A stretch of DNA of 64,000 bases from NCBI RefSeq assembly GCF_000143415.4, contig NW_003314286.1, positions 697,766-761,765 on the forward strand, written 5' to 3'. The translations under genes and the position numbers were made by a program. Positions within the stretch are counted from its first letter, which is position 1. The number at the start of each line of letters is the position of its first letter. This DNA is from Selaginella moellendorffii. Lineage: Eukaryota; Plantae; Lycopodiophyta. Below, one piece after another: positions 1-10,076 of the stretch. The notes beneath the pieces are model-generated. The model saw nothing but the letters and a program-made list of their open reading frames with translations, had not been told where the DNA came from and made no database searches.

Positions 1-499
1 TCATGACTATATAAAAGATTATATAGTGAAGCATCAACAGAAAAAAAAATCCCTGTAACATATGCATACCGAAGAGACGGCAAATAACCATCGTAATCCA
101 AATGCTGAAAGTTCACATACATCGCGATCATTCCTTTAAATGTCCAAACAAGTGTTTCCGATTTGCCAACTTACCTCATCTATCCGTCCAACACTGCCTT
201 GGTTTTTGCTAAGTTCCCTCACCAAGGTTCCTGCGTATGGTACCAGCTCTTACTTGGTCCTACTTGGTTTCAGCTACTCACTGCACAAGCAACGGAGTGT
301 TAGCCATCCATCCATGGATTCCCAAATCTCTCCCAATCTCCCTCCCTGGGTTAGACTGGACTTAAGGTTCGGCTACACTCCCCACAAGCACAAGCAACCA
401 AGCACACCAAGCTTCCAGGTTCCTAACATCCCTTGGTACCACAAGACTTGATCATAGGACCCTCTAAATACCAAGTCTTGGGTGCAACACTTGCTTCAG

Positions 500-905
500 A
501 ACGCCGGGGCGAAACACTGTGGCCTAACGGCCCGAAATGGGTTTTTTTTTCCCCCCCCCCCCCCCCCCCCCCTTTTTTTTTCCGAAAGGGAGGGTCCAAC
601 CCTTTGGGAGGGGGGGGGCTTAATGACCCCCTGGGTCCCAAAGGGGGGCCCCCCCCCATTGGGTTGGGGGCCCCCCCAGTCGTTTTCCTTTTTGGGGGGG
701 GGGGTTTTTTTGGGCCCCTCCCTGGGAGGGCCCCCCGGGCCCCACCCCCTTTTTTGTTTTTTCCCCCCAAGGGCTTTTAATTCCCATTCCCACCTTAAAT
801 TAATTTGGGAACCCCCCCGGGAGGGTTCCTTAAAAACGGGTTCCGGGCCCCCCCTATCCTTTTTATATTTTGGGAACCCACCCCCCCCCCCCCCCCCCCC
901 CCCCT
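500..905. other. Probable low-quality sequence (homopolymer-inflated read end)
   Basis: Nearly every base sits in a C, G, T or A run (long poly-C and poly-G tracts). The ORFs are Pro/Gly/Phe-rich with no recognisable motif. Confidence 0.75.
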
Positions 906-949
906 AGGAGACGCACGCTTTGGGCTTTCACCCCTTGACCCGTATTAGT

Positions 950-1230
950 ACTCAGACTCAGTCTCTGGCTCGATCTCGGACTCAATCTCGGATCCGACTT
1001 CGGATTCGGTCTCGGACTCGGTCTCGGACCCGATCTCGGACCCGATCTTGGACCCGACCTTGGACTCAACCTCGGACTCGGTCTTGGACCCGATTTCGGA
1101 TCTCAGACTCTGTCTCAAACTCAGTCTCGAACTCGGTCTCCGAGTCGGCCTCGGACTCTATTTCGGAATCTATCTCGAACTCGGTCTCCGAGTCGGTCTT
1201 GGACTCGATCTCAGACTCGGTCCCATCCGA
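950..1230. repeat. Degenerate 6/12-bp tandem repeat (TCGGACTCGATC-like)
   Basis: Visible periodicity tcggactcggtc/tcggacccgatc, which gives RSRT and SDSV repeat ORFs. Confidence 0.85.
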
Positions 1231-1299
1231 TGAACTCTTTATCATTTTGGTCATGCTTTTGGGGATCCTTTAGCCTACGACACCTCAGGGAGTTGGTTC

Positions 1300-1790
1300 C
1301 TTACAACAAACCATTCCACCAAACCGTCTAATTATGGATGATTAACACTCATGAAAGTGTGGCATATCCCCAACCGAAATGTCAAAACATAGAATGCCTC
1401 AACCATAAATGTAGAACTATTATCTGAAAGAATCCGCTCCGGAGGAAGCATCCAATAGTAATTGCAAAGGCACTAGCCAGAGCACCAATTTCCACCCAAT
1501 GAGTCAAGTAGTCAAAAGTAACAATAACATACTCATTGCTAGCAGTTGATCGTGAAAAAGGTTCTATAAGATCAAATGTTACCAACTCAAATAGATGGGA
1601 AATTGTAATTAACTTTAATTATCCTTTTGAAGTACGAGAGGGAGTATTATGAACTTAATACCAAACGCAGTTACACACATACTAGATAACATCACGTCGC
1701 ATTTTTGGCCAATAAAAAGTCTTATTCAACTTCTCAGTCATATAATAATGTTTTATATGCCCACCTAGAATAAAAGAATTATGGTGCAAA
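1300..1790 (-). mobile_element. Ty3/Gypsy integrase remnant
   Basis: Minus-strand translation gives HLHHN..GGH..FYWPKMRRDV (H2C2 region) and VTFDLIEPF..NEYVIVTFDYLTHWVE (rve core start), with stops. Confidence 0.75.
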
Positions 1791-1827
1791 TGCAATGGTC
1801 ACAAAGATTAAAATACACATTTAAAAT

Positions 1828-4800
1828 GCTCTTTGCCCAGCCTGCCGGAAGGTGTGCCCTTGTTGCGGCCGAGTTTTTCATGATTCTTCTCCACGCCGTC
1901 CTTTCTAAATTCTCTGTTTAATCTATTCTTAGATTAAGAGATAGAATGTCTTCTGCTAACGCAGCAGGAAATTCTTGGGACTCTGGGGGCTGGGAGAAAC
2001 TTCTCCAAAAGTTCACGGGACAGAATTTCTCCACTTGGAAAACAAAAGTACAGCTTATCCTTTTGGCCAAGGACTGCTGGCCTATAATGGATGGAACGAC
2101 TCAACATCCGGCTGCTGCGGATGTAACCCAACGGCTCGACTGGGACTCCAAGAATCGAAAAGCGCTCTCTGTCATCGGGTTAGGTCTTGGGGATGAATCC
2201 TTGATCTTACCAAAACAGCCCACCAGAACTGGACATCCCTTACACAAATCTTCGCTGCCAAAGCTGCCAATGCTAAGGTGGTGCTAACACAAAGGTTCTT
2301 CACGATGAGAATGCAACCTGATGACACTATGGCCACTTACATTGGAAAGTTTAAAGCGATGGTCACCGAGCTGAAGGACGCGGAAGCGGCAATCACCATT
2401 GATCAAGCTAAGGCATTCCTTCTGAGCTCTGTCTCCCCTGATCTCCAACCTTTCGCATTGATGCTCTCGGCTGTGCCTGGAAAGGACTTGGACTCGCTCT
2501 ACTCGGACCTGATCGAGGAAGAACGCAAGCAGAACGAGTGGAGACAAAAGCGCCCTCTCAGGCTGCTCGGGTGGAGCAGGCCTTGTTCATGGGAAAGCAA
2601 TCGGGTGGGAAGAAACGAGATGGCCCTGTTCGAGGACAAAAGAGCCCTTCTCCCAGCCCTGGATTTGCAACAGATAAAAAACGCAAGGGCCCATGTAATT
2701 ACTGCGGCAGAGCTGGCCACGTGGAGCGTGAATGCCGGATCAAGAAAGCCGCAGAGAAAGCTTGCACTGAAAGAAGCTCTTCTTCACGCCAACCTGACAC
2801 GATGTTGATGATGACGCTCACTGCATCTTCATCCACTGTGTCCAAAGCTGAAGTGCTCTGGATGGATTCTGGAGCCTCGATGCACCTCACACCATTGAAG
2901 AGAGCTTTTCACAAGTACTGGCCATTGGAGCAGGAGAAGCAAGTCTTTGTAGGAGACAAACGCCCCTTAACAGTGGAAGGACAAGGAACGGTCATCATAA
3001 AGTTGGAGAGTGGAGCTGAGAAGCTCGTGAACTAGGTCTACTATGTACCAGAAGCAGGACAGACAGTGTTCTCAGTTGGTGTAGCAGCAGATCAAGGCTT
3101 CTCAACACTCTTCAACGCAGACGGATGCACATCCTTGACGAGACTGGCCATCCAGTAGCTTTTGGTAGACGAGCTGAGACTCTCTACAAGCTCAATGTTC
3201 AGTTGATCCTCTCAACTCACGAGCAGGGGCATTTGCTTGCAATTTGCCCCAGCTCTTGGATTGCCAGCTCTGGCACGCTTGGCTAGGGCATGCCAATTCT
3301 CACGACATCCAACTATTTGTTAGCCACAAGCTTGCTGATGACTTTACCCTCACCGGTGCCGGCCAACTAGGAGTACGTGAGACGTGCCAACAGGGGAAGC
3401 AGCCAAGACTACCCTTTCCACGCAGAAGTCCAGAAGATGGCGCCTCAGGATTTCTTCAGCTGGTACACACGGATGTGTGCCATGTGCCAGAAGCAACTCT
3501 CAGTCACAAGCGGTACTTCGTTTCGTTCATTGCACGCTATGCGGTGGCTGTTCTCATGGCACACAAGGGAGAGGTCTACCATCACTTCCAGGTCTACAAA
3601 AGCTGGGCACAAAATGCCACTGGCTGTACCATCCAGACACTACGCTCAGATGGCGGCGGTGAGTATAGGAGCAATGAGTTTCTGGCATTTCTTGCTCAGG
3701 CTGGAATCCACCACGAGTACACCGCAGCCCACACCTCGCAGCAGAATGGGGTCAGGAGACACCGCATCGCTCATGGCGTCTTGCAGCATGCTCTAGGCGC
3801 TGCTACCACTGATGGTGACCATGAACCAGTAAGTGTGGATCCATCCTCTAGTGGGTGTTGATCTTTTCGGGATGCGTGACCGGCTACAGATCTCTGACCA
3901 AAGTTTCTCCAGCTTGAAGGAGGAGCAGGTTTGGTGTCGGACATCGAGGAGGACAGGCAGCTTCTATGGATTCACCGAGCGCCTGAACAGGACACTTATG
4001 GACTGTGTACGCTGCCTTCTCCAGCACGCTGGCATGCCCAAGGTGTTTTGGGGAGAGGCACTCAACACCTCCTGCCAGATCGCCTCCTTCGGGCGCTCCT
4101 TCAGCAACTCCTCCTGGCTCTGCATCGGCTGGATTGTCTGGCGCTGGGTGGAGATGTGGAACGTCGTCCAAAATCTCAGAAAGATCCCCCAGAGATGGTG
4201 AAGAAACAGGAGGGAGTCTCAGGGTATCTCGATAAAGATGAGCTTCATCAAACACCACATCTCGGCTCACCACCAGTTTCCTGCGCTGCCAGTTATAGAG
4301 TCGATAGGCTTTTACCTGGGTGTGATAGCCCATGAAGATGCATTTCTCGCTCTTGGGATCCAGCTTCCGCCGCTGAACATCGGGGATGTGGGCGTAGGCT
4401 ATGCAACCAAACACCCTCAAGTGACCTAATTTGGGGCGCTTCCCTGTCCATACTTGAAATGGCACCTGTCCTGTGGAACGTGTTGGCAGCCGGTTCCGGA
4501 GATACATTGCTGCCCCAGGCGGCTCTACACGGACCAGAAGCTGAGCACTGGCAGGCAGCTATGCAGGAGGAGTATGATTCTCTCCAGAAAAACAACACTT
4601 GGTCGCTGGTTGAACTTCCAGCTCGCAGAAAGCTCGTCTCATCCAAGTGGTTGTTTAAGAAAAAGTACAACGCTGATGGAAGCATTGAGCGCTACAAGGC
4701 GAGATTTGTGGCACGCGGATTTTCTCAAGTTCATGGGCTGGACTACTCGGAGACTTACAGCCCTGTGGTGAAACTCACAACCATTCATATGCTACTAATC

Positions 4801-5230
4801 TTAGCTGCAGAATTGGATCTCGAGCTCCATCAACGGGCATGGTCAAGCTATTGTGTGACAACCAGTCTGCAATAGCTTTGACCAAGAACTCCAGGTTCCA
4901 CTCTCGTACTAAACACATTGAGCTGCGCTTCCATTTTATACGAGAGCAGATCCAGAGAGGAATGATCGAGCTGGAGTTCTGCCCGACAAACTCCATGCTA
5001 GCGGACGTGCTAACAAAACCACTTCCTCGTGTTAAACATGAAGTCTTCACGAAGGCTCTTGGGCTGACTTTAGACGTTGGCCTTGAGGAGTGTGGGAGTG
5101 AACAAGACCACGTCAGCACACAGCCACGTGAGCGATCCAGACGCCGCCACGGATCGTCACGATAAACCCATACATTTAACCATGTATCAACCGTCATAAT
5201 AATAACACAACACCGTTTCATAATACAACA
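1828..5230 (+). mobile_element. Ty1/Copia LTR retrotransposon, copy 1 (5'-truncated, rearranged, non-functional)
   Basis: gag (FTGQNFSTWK), zinc knuckle CNYCGRAGHVEREC, protease WMDSGAS, integrase LRSDGGGEY, RT start, RNase H end (CDNQSAI, HSRTKHI). Frameshifts are present. 3' LTR at 5091-5230. Confidence 0.95.
5091..5230 (+). repeat. Copia 3' LTR (140 bp, TG...CA)
   Basis: Matches the LTRs at 27380-27519 and 31250-31389; followed by GCGTG. Confidence 0.95.
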
Positions 5231-5272
5231 GCGTGCTCTCGAGCTCTCAAGTTTTCCCCTCTTCTTACTGAA

Positions 5273-5450
5273 GGTGGAGTTTGGTAGTCACTACCATCAC
5301 AGCATACATCGCGGAAGCTGGCTCTTATGGCATCCAGGTTCCTTATCCTTTTCGTAATTCATTCAATGCCTTGCAGGACGTGGGTGCCTCACTCATCAAG
5401 TCCGTCAATGGATGCTTCTACAACGTCGTTGGCTTCCCAATCCACTGGTG
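5273..5450 (+). pseudogene. Maf-like (nucleotide pyrophosphatase) 3' exon fragments, duplicated copy
   Basis: Spliced translation AGSYGIQ|DVGASLIKSVNGCFYNVVGFPIH matches the Maf C-terminal motif. Confidence 0.7.
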
Positions 5451-5596
5451 AGTAGTCTCCACGCCTCCTCCCCTTGCGTAGATGTCTCATGAGCAAAATA
5501 AACTACCTAATAAAATATTATATATTATACTTAGTTAATACAATATTTTTTAATTTTTTTTGTAGCTGATATTTTCCTCTTTCTCTTCAAAATATT

Positions 5597-6259
5597 TTAG
5601 TGTAGTGTTATATCCAGAACTGGAGTGCCAGAGTGTCCCATAGACCCCTCAAACTTCCGTCCATTAGTAACGCGAGAGACAAAGTTGCTATCACCCTTAA
5701 TCGCAGAATTTGTGTAATAGAGTTCGTTGAACAAGCTGCTTGAGGGGGAAACTCTCCCATTTCGCAATTCAAAGTTCCACCAGTTGGAATATAAGTTGTA
5801 GTCAAACGGGACACTCCACATGATTGCGGCAGTTCGATTTTGGGCTGAAAGATAATATGTGATAACCCCAGCAGTGCCTCTTGCCACAGGACCAGTTGTC
5901 TTGCGAGCTCCAAAGCCGAGTGTGAATTTATCAGGAATAGCACCAGGGAGTCCATTGTCAGCTGTTCCAGAAAAGAAATACACACCTATAGCTGTGAGCT
6001 GATGGCCAGTATTGTTGGCAAACGAAATTACAATCTTGCGTTCTACTGAACCCAGCGCATTCAGGATGCTGTTGATAGCCGCAGCTCCAAGCTTCAGTCC
6101 TGCCACCACGACTGCAGTTACAGCCATTACACCTTTTTCTTCATTAGCAATAGACTTCTCTTCTTCGTGAGTGACCACAGAGCTCTCTTCTGCAGCCATT
6201 TCGTCACTGGCTTGCTCTACATCCATCTCACCCTTTCCTTGATTACACCTCCCAGCCAT
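5597..6259 (-). CDS. Actinoporin-like pore-forming protein (bryoporin-like), intact and intronless
   Basis: 220-aa ORF with the actinoporin signature MWSVPFDYNLYSNWW, an amphipathic N-helix before RKIVI, GPVARGTAGVITY, and KGD at the RGD position. Confidence 0.93.
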   Translation of the reverse strand: MAGRCNQGKGEMDVEQASDEMAAEESSVVTHEEEKSIANEEKGVMAVTAVVVAGLKLGAAAINSILNALGSVERKIVISFANNTGHQLTAIGVYFFSGTADNGLPGAIPDKFTLGFGARKTTGPVARGTAGVITYYLSAQNRTAAIMWSVPFDYNLYSNWWNFELRNGRVSPSSSLFNELYYTNSAIKGDSNFVSRVTNGRKFEGSMGHSGTPVLDITLH

Positions 6260-6384
6260 ATCACGTTACACTAGGATCTATTCTTCCTTCACACACTTCT
6301 GCACACACGTATAGAGGGAGGGAAGTAAGCAAATACTGACTTCCTCTATAAATGATCCAGATGGCTACAAAACGATGACATGTA

Positions 6385-6705
6385 CATTTGTTGCCAGCTG
6401 GTGACAAGTCAGCTGATGAGGTTCACATGGGTTCATACACACGTACGGTTGTTGCCAGCTGGTGACAAATACAGACATGTCCGCTGATGAAGCCCACATG
6501 GTCTTTGTGGATTTCGTGACACACGTACGGTTGCTGCCAGCTGGTAACAAATACAGACATGGCCTTTTGTGGTCAGCTGATGAAGCCCACATGTTCTTTG
6601 TGTGTTTCGTGACACACGTACATTTGTTGCCAGCTGGCGACAAATACAGACATGTCCATTGTGGTCAGCTGATGAAGCCGACATTTGTGGGGTTGGTGAA
6701 CATGT
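6385..6705. repeat. ~85-bp tandem repeat upstream of the actinoporin-like gene
   Basis: About 3.5-4 units of GTTGCCAGCTGGTGACAAATACAGACATG...CAGCTGATGAAGCCCACATG...GTGACACACGTAC. Confidence 0.85.
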
Positions 6706-6995
6706 AGACCAATGTCATTAGTATGGAAAGTTGCCATCAGCATGCCAACAAAATAGTTTCCATTTTAGATATGGTTTTTTAAATACAATATGATTTGTGT
6801 ACATGTTCCAACATGATTTTTTTAAGCATACTTATGAAACTGGAACAGAATATCAATATTATATGAATCTCTGAAGCCTGTTATGAAATTATAAATTAAT
6901 CTAGTTTTTAATCAGCTAAATAACATATGTCACTGTTTCATTTGCGGCATTCTACAGTTCACCCATTGTACAGGTAGAGATTGGTTATTCCCTTT

Positions 6996-7084
6996 TATAT
7001 ATACACACACATATGTATTTAAAAAACCATATGTATATATATACATACATACATATATATATATGTGTGTGTATATATATATAT
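6996..7084. repeat. (TA)n/(TG)n compound microsatellite
   Basis: Directly visible. Confidence 0.9.
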
Positions 7085-8227
7085 TGTCGCGAATGTGATT
7101 TTGGGTATCGAAAGTTACTTGTCGGCCAGTCCTTACAGATACTCTTTCCTTACTGCCACGATGGCAAGAGGTCGGTATTGCTAAGCCCATTATCAGTCTC
7201 CACTTAAGCTAGTTGAGAAATTGGTCTTTGCATGTGCACTTGACCAGATGAGCATAAGGAAGGAATTCCTAAATGTCTATTTAGTCAAGGATACTTGACT
7301 TGGTTAGAGAAATTCATTCGTTGACTTGCATTTGTTAGTGTTGGGAACCCCCGTGATATTAAGTTTGGTCCCTCAATATCGCTAGATGATAGCTTACTGT
7401 GTCTGCCAAACACCCTCGTTATCATGCCCTTTGTGTTGGTCTCATTTCGGTCCCAAATGCTAATTATGGAAAGTGTCTAAATTTGCTCATTTGGCATATC
7501 TACGGAATGTAGAGATTATCCTGAACACAATGGTGTTCGTCCCGTGTCCAAATTTACAATTTAGTGTCATTCCATATTTAGTAAGTTTTAAATTTGTCCC
7601 AGAAACTAACTCTTGGTACTAAAGGAGGCTTAGGGTGAAAGCCCAAAGCATGTGTTCCTCAAGGGGGGGGAGAGGGGGGGGGGGGGATATGAGGGGTTCC
7701 AAATGTATAATAGAGATAGTGGGTAAGTCGGGCATGGCGGACCAACCTGAGGCATAGTCTAGCTCCCGCTTGCGTGCCTGTCCTTGTTTTGCATCCGGCT
7801 TGGGTCTAAGCCCAAGTTCCATTCCATGCTAGCTAGTGGAGTACCCATATCCTTGCGTTAGGCCACTGGTATGCTGAAATAGCGCCAGACTCTATTTAGC
7901 CCCGTTTTGCGTGCTAATCCTGGCATTAGGATGCTGGTTGCTCTAGGACTGTTCCAAGTCGCTCCGAGCTCATGTCCCTTCGCTCCTTGGGCTATATGTT
8001 TGGGAGTTGCTCCGTGGTCCGATTCCGTCACTCATTGGCTCCATGCTTGGGAGTTTGGCATCGTTCCTTCGTTCAGTGGCCCAAAGCCCTAAACCTCGGG
8101 TTCTACACCACTGTCTTTTGGACACATGGCATGTGTCACGTGGCATATAGAGGGTTTAGGTTCTGCTTCGTGGTGTTGTCCTATGGTAATCACTATAGGA
8201 TAAAGGGTCAAAACCATGTGCACTACA
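7085..8227. mobile_element. Probable solo LTR inserted in a TA microsatellite
   Basis: Begins TGTCGCG and ends CACTACA (imperfect inverted TG...CA termini). Non-coding, with (TA)n on both sides. Confidence 0.55.
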
Positions 8228-8295
8228 TATATATATATATGCATGTATATACATACATACATATATATGTATGTATATATATGTGTATATATATA

Positions 8296-8342
<47 letters not shown>

Positions 8343-8460
8343 GTGTGTGTGTATATATATATATATGTATATATATATATTATACATATATATATACATA
8401 TATACATACATACATACATATATACATATATACATACATATTTACATACATATATATGTA
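8228..8460. repeat. (TA)n/(TACA)n/(TG)n compound microsatellite
   Basis: Directly visible. Confidence 0.95.
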
Positions 8461-8749
8461 AGTAGGATTGAGAGAGAGGTGTGGTTTCCCTTGCAGGAAT
8501 TAATCTTTCTTAGATCTTGTGTCTCCGTCCTTTATTTTTCTTGTATAAAATCCTTTTTGTAGCATATTTTATTTTATTTTTTTTAGGCCAATTAGAAAAG
8601 AGTCAATTACTTAATGAAAGAGCTTTTATTTTATCCCCTAAGGTTCTATAGATCCACGGTGGTAATATATTTAAATCTCATTTTATGATCATATATGATA
8701 TAAAGAGGTCAATTTAGCAAGCTTCAATATAACATGATAGAAAGCTTAT

Positions 8750-8773
8750 AAGCTTTATTTCGTTAAAGTGGGA
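8750..8773 (+). repeat. Left terminal inverted repeat (24 bp)
   Basis: Reverse complement of 22589-22612 with one mismatch; preceded by TTAT. Confidence 0.88.
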
Positions 8774-9191
8774 ATTGTCATTATCCCACTTGTAAAATAA
8801 GGTTTCCAAACCTTTATATAGTATATAAATATAACAAAATTCAACTGCATTGAGGCACATGCCATTTTATTTTAAACAAGGAAATGTTTACTCAATCACT
8901 TCTCCTCCCCTTGCCACTGCTTCACCTCTCTCTTCTCCTTGTCATCATCGTCCAATTTCTTTCCATCCTTTTAATATTGACTCAATTGCTCCGAGTCTAG
9001 GTGGAGCCCAAGTCCCCATTCAATCTTTACTTTCCCCTTATTAATAAAACAACTTCGTAGACTTCCAATAACATACTGTAACACTTCTAGTATAATGCAA
9101 ATCCTCTCAAAGAATTGTCTTTTAATATTAATACAATGGCATGGAACCCCATGCCATAATAAGTTACATTTTAAAATAAATACATGCCATC

Positions 9192-10076
9192 TTAGACTGT
9201 TATTTTTTGCCTCCAACGCCTATACAATAATCTTGGAATTTCATCACTCTCCACACTATCAGGATTTAAACCCAATAGTAATGCCATCTCTTCTCTAATA
9301 CGTCCACACTCATGTTCAGTGGTTGAAGAACCCATCCAGTTGAGCAGATTATGGAGATGCGGATAGTGCTTGGCTAGACAATATATATGCCATAAATGAT
9401 GACTGGTGTCTGTCCGATCAAATAGCTTCTGATATACCGTTCCATCTGCCATTTGGTTGATTTCTGCAGCCACCTCTTGGACTGGCCGGTTCTCTATCAC
9501 CATCGCTCCAAGCTGTTTTGCAAGGTCCCCCAGAACATACGGTTTCTTCTCCCTAGTTTCCATACTGCAAGAGATGGGGTGCACTGCATATGTGTGCATG
9601 TTCACTGCAGTTTTAATTGGCGAGTCATCGATGATGAGGATTTCACTTGACCTAGCAGTCCGGTTCATCACTACAGCCTCTGGCTTGATGAAGATGGGCT
9701 TGCTACCCCTCACATGGACCATAGTCAAGCAATCCTCCTGCGTTAGGAGAAAGTCAAATGGTAATATTACTCGCGTCTGATCGTGCATCATCTGTAGCAA
9801 CGTTAATGCATTGTGGCGCATCATGGATGTCCAAACTCCCAATTGCAAATTGAACCCAGCCCTCTGTTTTAAGTGTCGCATGGTCATTATTAGATCCCGC
9901 AGTTTCTCCCGTGTGATTAATGTGAATCTGTCTCTTTTGACCAACTTGCGACCGCAGGCTTTGGAGGGTGCAGTGACATTCGAGGACGAGCCATGCTCAT
10001 GGGAGAAAAGGACACCGTTCAGATCAAAAACGATACAGTACCTTCGCCGTGACTCTGAAATGAAATGCGTCAGCAT
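9192..10076 (-). CDS. FCP1/SCP (NIF)-like HAD phosphatase domain
   Basis: HAD motifs IVFDLNGVL, GVWTSM, FIKP and IIDDSPIK. It connects to the upstream ORF 10070-10711 across a frameshift in a T run near 10077-10082. Confidence 0.8.
   Translation of the reverse strand: MLTHFISESRRRYCIVFDLNGVLFSHEHGSSSNVTAPSKACGRKLVKRDRFTLITREKLRDLIMTMRHLKQRAGFNLQLGVWTSMMRHNALTLLQMMHDQTRVILPFDFLLTQEDCLTMVHVRGSKPIFIKPEAVVMNRTARSSEILIIDDSPIKTAVNMHTYAVHPISCSMETREKKPYVLGDLAKQLGAMVIENRPVQEVAAEINQMADGTVYQKLFDRTDTSHHLWHIYCLAKHYPHLHNLLNWMGSSTTEHECGRIREEMALLLGLNPDSVESDEIPRLLYRRWRQKITV

Noticed and set aside
423-907. Pro/Gly-rich ORFs and apparent G-quadruplex-like tracts
   Set aside because: The pattern is typical of degraded base-calling, so it is not trusted as real sequence.
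920-1273. RS/SD-repeat ORFs resembling SR proteins
   Set aside because: By-products of a 6/12-bp tandem repeat.
6385-6705. Repeat array superficially like CRISPR
   Set aside because: There are no unique spacers and no cas genes, and the context is eukaryotic.
8126-8146. ATGGCATGTGTCACGTGGCAT, similar to the 22-bp palindrome
   Set aside because: Spacing and right arm do not fit the consensus and it lies outside the TIRs; treated as chance.
7972-8562. Ile/Tyr-rich ORFs
   Set aside because: Translations of a TA microsatellite.
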